Source: Eledone cirrhosa
Lineage: Eukaryota
Length of the DNA stretch: 64,000 nucleotides
Assembly: GCA_964016885.1 (NCBI GenBank)
Contig: OZ024755.1
Coordinates: 11,284,001-11,348,000, forward strand
Reading direction: 5' to 3'
The notes beneath the pieces were generated by a model. It was not told the origin of the DNA, ran no database searches, and saw nothing but the letters and a program-made list of their open reading frames with translations. Below, piece after piece: positions 28,492-42,367 of this stretch. Position numbers and translations under genes: made by a program. Every line of letters begins with the position of its first letter. The first letter of the stretch is position 1.

Positions 28492-28830
28492 ATGTTACTC
28501 GATAGAGTGCGTATCTTTGAGATGAGAGAGTCACTCGAAGTGGAGCCACTACTTCTCTGAATTGAGGGATCACAGCTCCGATACTATGGGGATGTGGTTA
28601 GAAAGTCTCAGGAAAGAATCGCTGGAGTGATTTTATAGGCAAAACCAATCAGCTTTAGACACAGGAGTAGACCCCGAACAAGATGGTTGGTTAGCATGAG
28701 CTTGGCTGGTCTCGCTTGGGGATCCAGACAAATCAGTTTGAAATGGTTGCTTCTGACAAGACCTGCTGGAAGGAGTGTTTAAGAATTCTGACCCCATGAC
28801 TCTCTCAGGAATAAGTGGGAAAAAAAGAAG
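28492..28830 (+). mobile_element. Decayed 3' end of another RTE-clade LINE
   Basis: LDRVRIFEMRESLEVEPLLL*IEGSQLRYYGDVVRKSQERIA...RPRTRWL resembles the VEPLLLRIERSQLRW.GH..RM...GRPRTRW C-terminus, with stop codons. Confidence 0.72.
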
Positions 28831-30825
28831 GAAAAATTAACTTTCTTATTATTATGCTAGTATTAGGAAAATAACAAGTTCTTACATATAATCGTGATGG
28901 AAGGTTTTAAGATTAGCAGAGAAAACAGATGTTACATAGTGAGGATGATGATGATGATAATGATATCGATGATGATGGTAATGAGGATGATGATGATGAT
29001 AAAATCTTTAAAAATAGATAGCGTTATAATGTAGAACTAGTGGGGATTCAATGGGGGCTGGGTGGATATCAAAAGATTTAAGTTATTTTTTAGCTTAATT
29101 ACTAAATTGAAACAAATTTTTGATTATTTTCAAAATTATTTGAAAATCCTAGGAAGTGTCTTTCACTAGAAATATGATAAAGGGTTAACAGCTGTGATGA
29201 AAAAATGTATTTAATTTCTTGTGTGCTTATTAATTCCTATCACATGTGAGTTATATAATGTTTGTGCCTGTATATAGGGAAATATTTACCATTAATATGT
29301 TACTGAAAAAGCCATCAGTGTTTTAATACAATGGTGACATTATATAACTATACAGTTATCACTCATTCTAGGAAGGAAGGAAAGAGTGGTAGGATGGATG
29401 GATAGATAAGTAGGTAAATAGAGAGATAGATAGACAGGAAGGTTTGTGTGTATGTGTATGTATATATATATTGGCAGTAGAACTAAGATAACATTTTGCA
29501 TAATAGGGGTATATAAAAAAAAAAGCATATGCAATATGTTTATGTAAAGTAAACATATGAGGGCCTTGCTATCAAAGATAAAATATGTTTTCATTATGAA
29601 AAAATTATTTTTCTCTTCTGTTCAATGAACATGTCACATATATCTCAGTAGCTGTTGAGAATAGCAGACACGTGTTTCAACATTCATTAATCTCTCAGCA
29701 GTGACATTCACTCAAATAGTACTAAGTAAGATGAAAATAGGATAGAACCTAAATGAAAATACTGTCTACCATCAACAAGATTTAACAAAGTTAACCTCGA
29801 TGGGATTTCAACTCAGATCGTAAAGGGACGTAACTATGCTAGAAAGCATAGCGTCCAACCCTCTACTGATACTGCCAATTCACGAGAAATAATTGTTTCT
29901 ACTTTAGGCACAAGGCTAGCAATTACCCCGTGCATTACTGGTACTTTATTTTATCCACCCCGTAAGGATGAAAGGCAAAGTCAACCTCAGCGGGATTTGA
30001 ACTCAGATCCCATAATAATAATGATAATAATAATGATTTCTAGTATAGGCACAAGGCCAGTAATTTGGGGAGAGGGAAAAGTTGATTAAATCGACCCCAG
30101 TTCATTACTGGGGCTTTATTCTATTGACCCCGTAAGGATGAAAGGCAAAGCTAACCTCGGCCGGATTTGAACTCAAAGGGCTATAATGATTTGAACGTAA
30201 AGGGCCATAACTATGCTGCCAAGTATGTAGTCTGATGCTCTACCGATTCGGTCCTAATAGTGATAGTGAGGATTTTATTGGTGGTTGTGGTTGTGCTGAT
30301 CACTGATGTTAATGATGGTAATAATTGTAATAAATTATCATGATGATGGTTATGATGATGATGATTACAATTATGGTCTTGATGATGTTGATGATGATGA
30401 TGGTGGTAACAATTGCAATAATTATAATGATGACGGTTTCAACGATGATGATGATGGTGGTGATGGTGGTGATGGTGATGATGATGATGATGAATACAAT
30501 GACGGTGTTGATGATGCTGATGATGATAATGATGATAATTACAATGACATGGTGATGATGATGATAATGAAGGTTACAATGATGATGATGATGATGCCAA
30601 TGCTACTACCGATGATGATGGTAGAGGTTGTGTTTTTGTGTTAATGGTGAGATAATAAGTGAAGAAATATGTTAATTATGAAATTTCTCACTAAATAATA
30701 TTTCAGTTTCATGTCACCCATTGACCTTATCACACATGATAAAGAGGTAAGCATTAAATGTCAAATATCTAAGATAAAGGAGATAAAATAATTATCAAAT
30801 GTAACTTAGGAACACAATAAGAGTA

Positions 30826-31210
30826 ATAATTGTTTCTATTTTAGGCACAAGGCCCACAATTACCCAATACATTACTGGTACTTTATTTTATCGACTCCGT
30901 AAGGATGAAAGGTAAAGTTAGCCTCGGCGGGATTTGAACTCAGAATGGCAAGGGCCATAACTCTATGTGTCAAAGCATGGCGTCCAACTCTCTACCGATA
31001 CTGCCAATCCACTGCACCATTCGAATAATAATTGTTTCTACTTTTGGCACAAGGCCCACAATTACACAGTGCATTACTGGTACTTTATTTTATCAACCCC
31101 GTAAGGATGAAAGGCAAAGTTAACCTTGGCGGGATTTGAACTCAGATCGTAAGGGGACGTAACTGTTTGCGTCAAAGCATGGCGTCCGACCCTCTACCGA
31201 TACTGCCAAT
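30826..31210 (-). mobile_element. Second tandem pair of Meta-like SINEs
   Basis: Two consecutive full-length units (about 30826-31012 and 31027-31210). Confidence 0.85.
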
Positions 31211-31966
31211 AGGTTACTTATAACTGAATTTCAATTTGGTTCACATTTGTTTTTTTTTCAACCTCATCATTATTCTACTTCGATTAAATTGTATTTATCT
31301 ATGCTGTTGCTACTGCTACTACTACTATTACTACTACTACTACTAATGCTATTGCTACTACTATGTCATCATCATCATCATTACCATCATTACCATCACC
31401 ACCATTATTACCATCATCATCGCCATCACCATCATCATCGCCATCGCCATCACCATCCTCCTCCTCATCATCATCATCATCACCACCACCAGTACTCTCC
31501 CTCTGTATGTCTGTTTACACTGTTGCTATGGGATAGATGTGTCTTCATGGAACAAAACAAAATTGGTTGAAGGAACATGACATCTGTGTGTTCAATTTTT
31601 GGGGCATGGTTTTTATGGTTGGATGACCTTAACACTTTATAGAATATACTGAGTGGATATTATTGTGGTGCCAGTACTACCAATTTACAGAGTGTACTGG
31701 GTGCATTTTATTGTAACACCAGGATTGTCCATTTACAGGGTATATATGATGCATGTTATCATGACAACAGCATCATCACTTTATAGATTGTACTGAGTGC
31801 ACTTTATCATGGCACAAGCACTAACACTTTACAGAGTGTACTAAGTGTATTTTATTATGGCACCAGCAGTACCACTTTGCAGAGTGGGCTGAGAGTAAAA
31901 TGATTTTTAATTGTAAAATAATAGAAAGATGAATGAATCATACTATAAAGTGTTTGGTAGACTTAC

Positions 31967-32211
31967 CTCACTTTTACACCATCAAACATGCCTGTGTTTA
32001 TATAGAAAGGACAGACAACCGTCGTATGGACACCATCTTTGCCTAATACTTCTAGTTCAAATCGGAGTGACTCTTCAAATCCTACCACAGCAAACTTGCT
32101 GGCACAATAATCAGTAAGACCATTAACACCGAGGAGACCTGCTGCACTTGCTACTGTTACAACATGTCCATGGTTTTCCTTGAGCATTTCTGGCAGAAAT
32201 GCTTTTACAGT
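31967..32211 (-). CDS. SDR16C-family dehydrogenase, catalytic exon (245 nt)
   Basis: Acceptor TATTTTCAG|ACT, donor AG|GTAAGT. Encodes [81 protein letters not shown](R), with the catalytic Ser and YxxxK (YCASK) and the SDR16C-typical CP.YINTGMF. Confidence 0.96.
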
Positions 32212-32465
32212 CTGAAAATAGAGACAGAGAACTTGATTACTCCTTTTGATACCAAATCACCTGATACTATCCCTTGGTTATATGATACAAAAGACCACTA
32301 GGGGCAGAAAATAAATGTAGCAAATCTATGGTTTTTGGATTTCAATTTTTCTAATTACAAACAGACTTGTATTATAGAATTGGGGGACAGTTGGGTATCA
32401 AAAGGGTTAGCATGAAAGAAAGAACCCCTCCTGACCCTCATAACAACAGTATGGATGTTACCTAC

Positions 32466-32597
32466 CCAGAAATGTGCCATTGTGTTGACATCAATAGTTT
32501 TCTGTATCAAGTCATCAGGACACTGTAACAATTTCCGGCCAGTTACAATGCCAGCATTGTTTATTAATATATGAACCATTCCAACCTCTTCATTCAC
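32466..32597 (-). CDS. SDR16C-family dehydrogenase, next coding exon (132 nt)
   Basis: Acceptor TTTTTTCAG|GTG, donor TGG|GTAGG. Encodes [44 protein letters not shown] with the SDR NNAG motif. Phase 0/0, in frame with neighbouring exons. Confidence 0.95.
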
Positions 32598-34064
32598 CTG
32601 AAAAAATCAAAGAACAAAAGACAATTAATATTCAGCATGACAAAACATAATCATATGCAACATTCCCTCTATTTTTACCCAACCAGGGTATTTAATAGTT
32701 TGAGCAAATATATTTTAAATTCAAAGCTACTGTGTAGCAACATTTCATAGCTAGTAAACTGCAACATTTTGGTGTACACAGCACCATTACAGTGCAGCCA
32801 CCCATCTAAGGGGAATGTTGGTCATATGCCATTATACAGTGGGCTCATTGTATTGGGTTAGCAGAGCTGTTAAAACATTGAATGAATGCTATACTGTATT
32901 TTTCCTAGTATATTCTGAGTTCAAATCCTGGCATGGTCAAATTGGCCTTTCATCTTTCCAAGGTTGATAAAATAAAGTACCAATCAAATACTGGAGTCAA
33001 TGTAATCAATCATGCCTTCCTGCCAAAACTGCCATACTTGTGCCAAATTTAGTTACCATTCTACAAAGTTTTAAATAGTGTGATTTTGAATATATACTGG
33101 TAAAAAATATACTTTTCTAAGGCATTTTTTAAGGCTTGGTCTTCAGAATATACGAAGGAAAATCCTGATAGAATTGTCAGTGATTTTTCAATGACAGGAG
33201 GTGGGAATAAATATTACAAAGCAACTCATCTGGTGCTTTGATAATTCCATCATTCCAATGCTCCTAGACAGGTTCTTTAATTATCAACTCAAAAAGGATG
33301 AAAAGCAAAGTTGACTTCAGTAGAATTTAAACTCAAAGCACTGAGAGACAGAAAAAAATGTTGTGAAACATATAATTCATCACTTTTACAACCCTGTCAA
33401 TTTGGTAACCTGCCACACCACAAAAATAAAAATAAAAATAAAAATAAAAATAAAAAGCTGTAAAACTCTTAACATCCTGTTCCTTGTGAAAACATATCAA
33501 TTAATGACAAGGAGAAAACTATAAGTCTTATATTTTTCATTCTTTTCCTGAGTTTTTCTCAATCTTCAGAGAACCTCGTGTTATGCCTCTCCAAAAACAT
33601 CCACATATATAGGTATTTTTATATAAGTGTCTTGAACATATGTGGTTTGAGAATAACAGGGAAGTTGGGAAACCATTTGAGCATGGTGAAGCTCATCCCT
33701 CTTCAGGTTTGACCATAGTATATTTCAATGAGAGAGTGAGGAAGAGAGGGAGAGAGAGAAGAATCAAACTGAGGATAGGACAAGTACTTATTTTATTAAA
33801 CAGGATAGGGTATCAAATGATGTTTATTGTGTTGGGAATTAAATGCAGAGATGGCATAAATACTATAAAGCATTCTATTGAACACTAACACCTCTTCCAG
33901 CTCACTGTCTCACATGTGTGTGTGTCGGGGAAAGGGGGGGGGGCATATGTGTGCATGCAACTGCTTTTGAGTTTGTGATTCTGATTGTGTTTTTTTGGTA
34001 TGTGCTTGTAAAAGAGAATGCCTGAACATGTGTTTGTGGGTTTGTGTGTATATTTGTGCATGTG

Positions 34065-34590
34065 TAAGTACATGTGTGTGTATACATCTATTTGTGGATA
34101 GATGTGTGTGTGAGTACATATGTGTGTAAGCATCTATTTGTGGATAGATGTGTGTGTGTGCACATGTATGTGTAAGCATCTATTTGTGGATAGATGTGTG
34201 TGTGTGCACATGTATGTGTAAGCATCTATTTGTGGATAGATGTGTGTGTGTGCACATGTATGTGTAAGCATCTATTTGTGGATAGGTGTGTGTGTGTACA
34301 TGTATGTGTAAGTGTGTGTACATGTGTGTGTATATGCATCTATTTGTGGATAGATGTGTGTGCATGTGTGAATGTGTACATATATTTGTGGGTAAATGTG
34401 TGTGTGTGTGTATATATACATCTATTTGTGGATAGATGTGTCAGTGTACATATGTGTGTATACATCTATTTGATAGATGTGTGTGAGTGTGCTTGTGTGT
34501 GTATGTGTGTTTGTGTGTGTATGTGTGCTTGTGTGTGTATGTGTGCATGTGTGTGTATGTACATATATTTGTGGATACATGTGTGTGTAT
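34065..34590. repeat. About 44-48-bp (TG)-based minisatellite with embedded hairpin catctat-ttgtgg-atagatg
   Basis: Recurrent gcatctatttgtggatagatgtgtgtgtgtgcacatgtatgtgtaa. Confidence 0.85.
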
Positions 34591-34852
34591 ATAATAATAC
34601 GATTAATTAACTTCACTTCCTTGCCACGAAAGATTTTTGTCAAGATAAAATAAGAAGCTTGTATTCATCATATCTTAATAAATGTCAAAATATTTGCTCT
34701 TGTTTTCCCTTTCAAATGTTTTATGTAAATCCACACCTAAAAAATCTGTTGCATATAAACATAAATCATACCATAATTTTCAAAATATGCCAACTTACAC
34801 ATTTATGTGTAGTGTGTATTTGAGTGTGTGTATATGTGTATATATATATATA

Positions 34853-35343
34853 GACATTCATCCACGAAACTCACGAGCCACGTATGGTCCCTCAAGGACT
34901 CAGGTATAGGCTATTCCATTCAATGGAAAGCCATCACTAAGTCCAAGCCATACACAAGGGGAAATCCATCGTGTGGCTTATGTATTGATGAACGAATAAC
35001 TATTCTAAAGAGATTATGCAATAGTGATTGCCTAGACACGAGAAATGAATTTTTCACACGTTGTCCACACGTCACCAAACACCTATTGATTAACTACAAA
35101 GCTCCGGATTGAATCATTGTAATTTTCTTATCAACTAAAAACTTTTCGGACTTTTGCAGTTATCTCCCTTACACCCCTCGCACACATTCTAGTATTGCCT
35201 GTGTGAAGTGACTGGTTTCTGTGCATGCGCGTTCGTACGGTTGTCCTTCCTGTTCCTATAACCATGTCCATTACGAGCTGAGGATCCGCTAAGGTGAAAC
35301 AATTGTTCTTGGTATGGTGAACTAACTGCTGTGTAACCACTTC
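34853..35343 (+). mobile_element. 5'-truncated Penelope-like retroelement: C-terminal endonuclease-region ORF remnant plus 3' pseudo-LTR with hammerhead, inserted in (TA)n
   Basis: ORF end ...STKLTSHVWSLKDSGIGYSIQWKAITKSKPYTRGNPSCGLCIDERITIL...LDTRNEFFTRCPHVTKHLL...* (stop at 35112). It matches the T.LS.H.W.LK / W.I / C.LC..E / L..R.E....C.H pattern that I recognise from the C-terminus of invertebrate PLE GIY-YIG domains. Followed by a hammerhead motif and flanked by TA repeats on both sides. Confidence 0.85.
35261..35318 (+). ncRNA. Minimal type I hammerhead ribozyme in the PLE pseudo-LTR
   Basis: cgag CTGAGGA t-cc gctaa gg-t GAAA caattg TT cttg. Conserved core, short stem II, palindromic stem III, stem I cgag/cttg, extended by accat/atggt. 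Confidence 0.75.
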
Positions 35344-35526
35344 TATATATATATATAAAGAAGAACATTTTTGCTCTACATGGCTGAATACAATAAATGT
35401 AATCTGAGTTTTTTGAATATTAATAATAACATTCGATTCGTTTGCAATTATGCAAACAAGCCTCAATTTTATAGCCATGTCCGTAGAATGAATATATATA
35501 TATATGTATGCATACACATATATACA

Positions 35527-35575
<49 letters not shown>

Positions 35576-35577
<2 letters not shown>

Positions 35578-35850
35578 GTGGGAAAGTAAGAATTCGGAGA
35601 ATAGACCGTTAAAACATGTTTATTTAAAACATGTATGTGTAAGCATCTATTACACACACACAAATATATATATATATATATAGTCTGCAGTTCTGTTCAC
35701 ATGCTTGCTCTTGTGTTGGCATGTGAACAGAACTGCAGACTATATATATATATATATATATATTTGTGCGTGTGTAATAGATGCTTACACATACATGTTT
35801 TAAATAAACATGTTTTAACGGTCTATTCTCCGAATTCTTACTTTCCCACG

Positions 35851-35851
<1 letters not shown>
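35576..35851. repeat. Long near-perfect palindrome (about 130-bp arms, 14-nt loop) in (TA)n
   Basis: acgtgggaaagtaagaattcgg...ctgttcacatgc [ttgctcttgtgttg] gcatgtgaacag...ccgaattcttactttcccacgt; an internal TA tract is duplicated in both arms. Confidence 0.92.
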
Positions 35852-35887
<36 letters not shown>

Positions 35888-35890
35888 ATG

Positions 35891-35928
<38 letters not shown>

Positions 35929-36170
35929 TACATATATGCATAAATAAATATATTCAGCTGCTTAGAGCACAATTTATGTGTGTCACATCATGATCAACAT
36001 GATCTTAAAAAGGACATTAGATGATTAAATGATGATGTTGATGGTGACACACACACATACAGGTATATAAAATTGTACACTATGCAGCTAATATAATCTA
36101 TAAATTCATATCTCTACATATAAAATGCACAGTTAACTGTGACATTGTAATGTGTGGGCGTGTGTGTGTA

Positions 36171-36201
<31 letters not shown>

Positions 36202-39200
36202 GTACATATATATATAAACATCATTATCATCATTTAACGTCTATTTCCCCTGCTAGCATAGCATAGATGGGTTGTCTCGTTTGAGGCAAATTGTGTGAGA
36301 ACTGTTTCTGGATTGGTTTCTATGACTGGATGCCCTTCCTAATGCCAAGCACATTTACAGTGTGTGCTGGGTACTTTTTGCTGTGACACTTAGAAGACCT
36401 CTTTACAGTATGGGCTGGATACTTTTTGTCCTGACACCTACATGACCACTTATATATATATAAATATACATACACACACACATTGATTATATAGACATGT
36501 AAAATGGTATTTATTTATGTGAGTTAATCATGACAAAAGGAGACATGCCTAGAGTAATGTCATTGATTTGGGGTGAGACTTTGCTCTGAAAGAACACACC
36601 CACCACACAATGTAATGTGGTAGTATTTTCAGCCTGAAAAACACAGACATTACACTACGTAAGATAGTAGTGGACCCCGAAAATATGCATCCAGTACACT
36701 GTGTAATGTGATAATGGTTGTACCATGAAAACTGCTCTCCATAAGCTGTGTAATGTTGTCGTGGTTGTGCCATGAGAAAAAAGCACCAAACATACTATGT
36801 ATGTAAATAAGGGCATCCAGTCTAAATATGGAATATATAAGCAAGATGAGGTCATTCTAGCCAGTTAGGTTTTGGGTTGTGAAACCCTGTTGAAACCATG
36901 TTAGAATGGAAGACATAAAATTATGACATACTAATAAAGTGCTTCAAATAATTTTTTAAAAGAATGATTAATTTCATTTTGTGCCAGCTGCCAATGAAAC
37001 CACAGAATCTTTGGTCCCTAGATTGCCATTTCCTCCCACTAAATTAGGATGATTGCATCATATGAAGCCTGTGGAAGGAGCACCATAATATGGAATGCTA
37101 ATGCAGAATTAATAGCTGATTGTACTCTTAAGCAATGCTTTCAACAGCTTGTCTACAAGGTGTAGCGGAGATGTGCCACCCAACAATGAATGTAGAGTTT
37201 ACCACCACCTTCTTATTGTTTCCAACCAGTTTTTCTTTTTCTTTTTTGTTACTGAAGTATGATAAAAATATTTCTTTGCCATGATTTAGAAGTGGCTTTT
37301 CAAAAAAACTAACTTAATATACTGATTGTAGTTGTTGCTATTGTTTAGGCTAGGGTAAGTCTGCACCAAAGAAACAGATATGTGTTCAAAGACCTTTCAG
37401 CCATGGTGATCAATGACATATTGATTTTTTGATAAACATTACCTAATGTGTTATTTAATTTTTATGATGGTAGGGTGTGATTTGAGGTTAACCTGGCTGT
37501 CATTCCTAGTAAGTTGAGTGACCAGGTAGAGCTCCTCTCTCAGATATGCTGATGTCGATCATCGGGAAAGTCATGTTATTATTCATGTTGTAATTAGATT
37601 TTAATCAACATTTTAATTACAATATGAACACTTTACAATAGGCATTCATGTGTAGAGATACATATTAAAACTGGAAAATATAAAAAACCACCTGTTAGTC
37701 AATACTGCATTAGTAGCCACTATAGTTAGTGTCTTAGAAACAAAGCTACATTTCATAGTCGTATGATGTAATTAATTGAATTATGTCTTTCATTACCATA
37801 TTTAGAATGAAATAATGAAGAATATTGGGTTGGGTTTATGGGAATTATTAATTATTTCACTATTAATAAGACATTGGTTAATAACTTGACAAAAGGTTTT
37901 ATATCAAATTATATTTGGAGATTTTAATATAACCTTTTGTTACAATATTTCTAATGGAAGACATTGCCTATGTACTTCAACTAATTATGAAAATCCTAAA
38001 AAAAATTTTGAAGTGATATGATTTTCTAATGAAAGACATTGTTTATGCGCTTCAACTAATTATTAAAATCATAAAAAATTGAATATAATTTTCTTATTCA
38101 GCTGGTATTTAGAACATAAAGGTCCTTACATAAAATTATGATGGAAGGTTTATATATATATATATATATATTTCTTTATTATAGATATATATATATAAAC
38201 ACTTTAAAATGAATAGTTTTGTATTGTAGAGCCAGAGGCAGATTTCTGGCAGTTTAATATCAAGAGGATTATATGGGAACCATTTAAAATGGGTTATTTT
38301 GTTTCATAGAAACAGAGGCAGTATTTTTATTTTGTTTGGGTTGGGATGGGGGAATCTAAACTTTTAAATCTATAATGTAAATCGTTTTATCCTAGAAAAT
38401 TAGCAAAGGTCTTTGTTGGTAATTAATAAACATTATTAATTTATTAATGTAATAAATTAGTTTGTTGTGAGAAACAGAAACAAACTAATCTCTTTTCAGA
38501 GAGAGGTGAGCCAGAACAAATACCAAGGCATTTAATGCAACATGATAATGACTCTGCCAATTCATCACCTTGTATCTATACGTTGGATCTCCATCAGTTG
38601 CAAAGAGGAGTCTTTAAGTTATTTGATCAATGGAACATCCTGCTCTTCAAATGAACCTGCAAGTGACTGAGTATTTGACAGACACATGTTCCCATGTGCA
38701 TGGACTGAAGAATGCATCTAGTACGCAGCTCTTAACTTCTATCCTGCCTTCCCCTTCAATACACTTCTCACACCCTAACACCTCACCCACATCAGATAAC
38801 ACCACCCTTACACTAAAGTTGTCATGCTGGTATCACAACCAAAAGCTCCCAGCCCACACTCTAAAGTGGTTGTGTAGGTGTCATGACAAAGAGCACCCAG
38901 AACACCCTGTAAGGTCATTGGCATTAGGAAAGACATCCAGCCATAGAAACCAAGCCAGAAAGAGTTTTGTATGAGCAAGACATGGTCACCTGACTCGACT
39001 TGTCTTAAACGGGACAACCCATCTAACCCATGCTAATGTGGAGAGTAGACATTAAATGATGATGATGATGATGTACATTTGCAGTTGTTCTAATGGAGAT
39101 TCAATGTGACAGTGTATGACAAGAAAAGGCTGGACCTTTGAACTACAGATACAACTGATTCTCCCCCACCCCACGTCCTTCCACAGCTGAATGGACTGGA

Positions 39201-39533
39201 GCAACATGAAATAAAGTGTCTTACTCAAGGATACAATTTATTGCTATGAATGGAACGGAATGGAACTCATGGCTTTACAACTATAAGACCAACACCTGAA
39301 CCACTAAGCCATGTACCTTCACCAACTTGTATCTACTCTCAGGCTGTTCAACAAAATCTGGTTTATGCTAGTTTAGTCAAAAGAAATTAATATATCAAGA
39401 GAACTAATTATGAGGGCTGTTTTAAAGCTATTCCCTGCCAATTTACTTAATTGGCTTAGGGGAAGCTTGTGGTGTTCCATTTCACCAATAAATAGTGTAC
39501 AGGAGCATATATATATTATATACACATACACAC

Positions 39534-39571
<38 letters not shown>

Positions 39572-41156
39572 TATACACACACTTTATATATATATGTGTG
39601 GGAGGGGGAGGGTTATATATCTATATATAGCAGTAATATTTACTTCTACATCCACAAATTGATATTTCTGTTTCAGAAGATCCTACTTTAGGGTCAAAGT
39701 AGAAATTGTTTGCTTAAACTTTTACTCTGTATTAATGATGCTAATAAACCTCTCCAGGTCTGAACACAGCAGATTTCTTCCAGAGAAAGATAGAAAGTGA
39801 GAAAGAGGAAATGAGAAAGAGATATAGAGGAAAAATCCACCCCAGTACTAGACTGGTCCTTTTTTTAGTGTCCTCGAAAGGATGAAAGGCAAAGTTGACC
39901 TCAAAGAGCAGAGAGTAGGAATGAATACCATAAAGTATCTTATGGCTCTACCAATTCACAGCCTGTATACATACATGTATACATACATACATTGACAAAG
40001 GTTCATGATGAGTGGTGAGATGCTGTGCAGAAAGAAAATGTGTTCAACCCATGCAAACATGGAAAAGTGGACATACAATGATGATATTGTATTACTTTAA
40101 ATATTCTGCAATATCAAATACCTCAGTGTGAGTTAATATAATTTGCATGTCAAGAATGTTGTTTGCTATTTTTACACATTTGTATATTTTGATATATACA
40201 TTACAAAACACACACGCATTTTATATAGAAGCAGAAAACCACCTGGACAGAGATCTTTCTGCTAGTATTAACTGCACGCACACGCGATTCTTTAAGACCA
40301 TTGTTACGTATGTGAGCAATACAGAACTGTTAAGACTATTCTGAGTGTGTAAAGTTAGTTTCAGTGAGATTTGAAGTCAGAACATAAAGAAATTCAACTA
40401 AATGTTACAAAGCATTCTTTTTCCCAACACCTCGTTAATTCTGCCATCCACCTGCTTTTGAAAACTTATAATATTGACACAGTGGAGTAAAGTAAAAGAA
40501 TGAGGACAATAGGATATTACCTTAGCAATTTTTAATGATCCCAAATATTTTCAGATTTGCCATCAAGGGGCGTCCATAGGTGTAGTTTCTTATTACCTTG
40601 GCATTTCTACCAAACATGCATTGTCGGGCTTCCAAATAACCTTATTTCTTATAATATTGAGTTCTAATAAACACAGAGTGTCAAATCTGGGTGAGAGTTA
40701 TAGTGAATTAAATGATCTCAGGTTCTTCAATGGTATTTATTTTAGTGACCATCAGAAGGATAAAAGACCTTGTTGACCTCAGCCAAATTTGAAATCTGTT
40801 TATTTTAAAGTGATTATATTTATACAAAAAAACTTTCCATAAACATTCTAAGAACCTTTGTTACGTCATCTTCTAAACACCAACTTCATAATGAAAAGGA
40901 TAGTTATATTACTAAATCCTTTCTAATTCTTACTTTCAAAATACCTTGCAAATTATGCAAATTATAAGCAGTGTCTTTCATTAGAAACATCATAGTGAAA
41001 AGGTTAAATATTGTAGGAGTTAAGGGTGCAATTAATTCAAATTTGTAATTATTTTACTGATATAGAAGTGATAAGTAAAGACCACCACAGCAGTGGGATA
41101 CAATCTACAAATAACAATGAGAGGGTGACTGAGGTTGATGAGAAACACACTCTTAC

Positions 41157-41341
41157 CTTTTTAGCTGTTTCATAAACCTCAGTTCTATTACTGAGATCCA
41201 CTGTATACTGGTAACAGGTACCACCAAGTTCTTTAATGGTTTTGGCAGTAATATCATTGCCTTGAACATCAATGTCCCAGAGCACCATTTGACAGCCAAG
41301 TTTGGCAAATCGAACAGCTACTTCACGGCCGATTCCACTTC
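41157..41341 (-). CDS. SDR16C-family short-chain dehydrogenase (epidermal retinol dehydrogenase 2 / SDR16C5-like), first identified coding exon (internal; 185 nt)
   Basis: Acceptor TTTATAG|GA, donor AAG|GTAAGA. Encodes (G)SGIGREVAVRFAKLGCQMVLWDIDVQGNDITAKTIKELGGTCYQYTVDLSNRTEVYETAKK, the second half of the Rossmann TGxGxGxG motif plus the LWD motif. It starts in phase 1, so an upstream exon is required. Confidence 0.93.
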
Positions 41342-42367
41342 CTATAAATATAATAAACGAAGATATTAACATGTGTTATAGATAGAAAGGATGTTGTTGT
41401 ATTCTTGAAACACTGTGGAATACTTAAAATACATTTTTTCTAAAGGTTACGATAATGTTAAAAGAATATTAGATAATAAATATACAATAAGAAATGAGTT
41501 GAAATATTACCATGGAAATATTTAATTGGTCTTTTATATATTTCAGGGGAAAATCCCTTTGTCAAAAGAATTAAAGGCAGTATAACAACACAGAGATATG
41601 TGCTTGTTTACAGTGAGTGCAAGTGAAAATGATGATAGCGATGTGTTAATAATGTAACTTTTGGGATGTGTAATAATTGTTTCTACTTTTGACACAAGGC
41701 TAGCTCTTTGAAGAGAAGGAGAAAGTCAATTAAATAAACCCCAGTACTTTATCGACTCCATAAGGGTGAAAAGCAAAGTTAACCTTGGCGGGATTTGAAC
41801 TCAGAACATGAAAGGCCATAACTATATGCCACAAAGCATGTACTCCAACACTCTACTAATGCTGCCAATTATACAGATGGAGATATGCTGGGACCATGGA
41901 GGTGGTTGTGTGACAGCGATAATGTTGTAAAAGTGATGATAGTGTCATGGTTGTGTTAGTGATATGCTTGTGCCAATAGTGTAGGTGTTAGGCAAGCTAA
42001 TGTCATTCTGATAGTGAGATGTCAGGGGGAGCATAGTATTGGTGGTGGTGGTGGTGTGGCTTTGGGTGGGAGGAACCCATTAAACTCTACTCCTACCTCC
42101 ACTAATGGCACTGATAAAAAGACAAATCATATCACCACAGGGGGTTTAATGGCAGGAGTGCAGAGTTATAAATATATATATATATGAAGAGAGAGAGCGA
42201 GAGAGAGAGAGAGTAGGGGAGGGGGCAGAAAAGAGAGAGAGTAGGGGAGGGGGCAGAAAAGAGAGAGAGTAGAGAGGGGTGGGGCAGAAAAGAGAGAGAG
42301 AGAGAGAATCATTGAGAGAAAGGTGGAGGTGGGATAGAAGGGTGTAAAGATATAAACAGTAGCTAGA

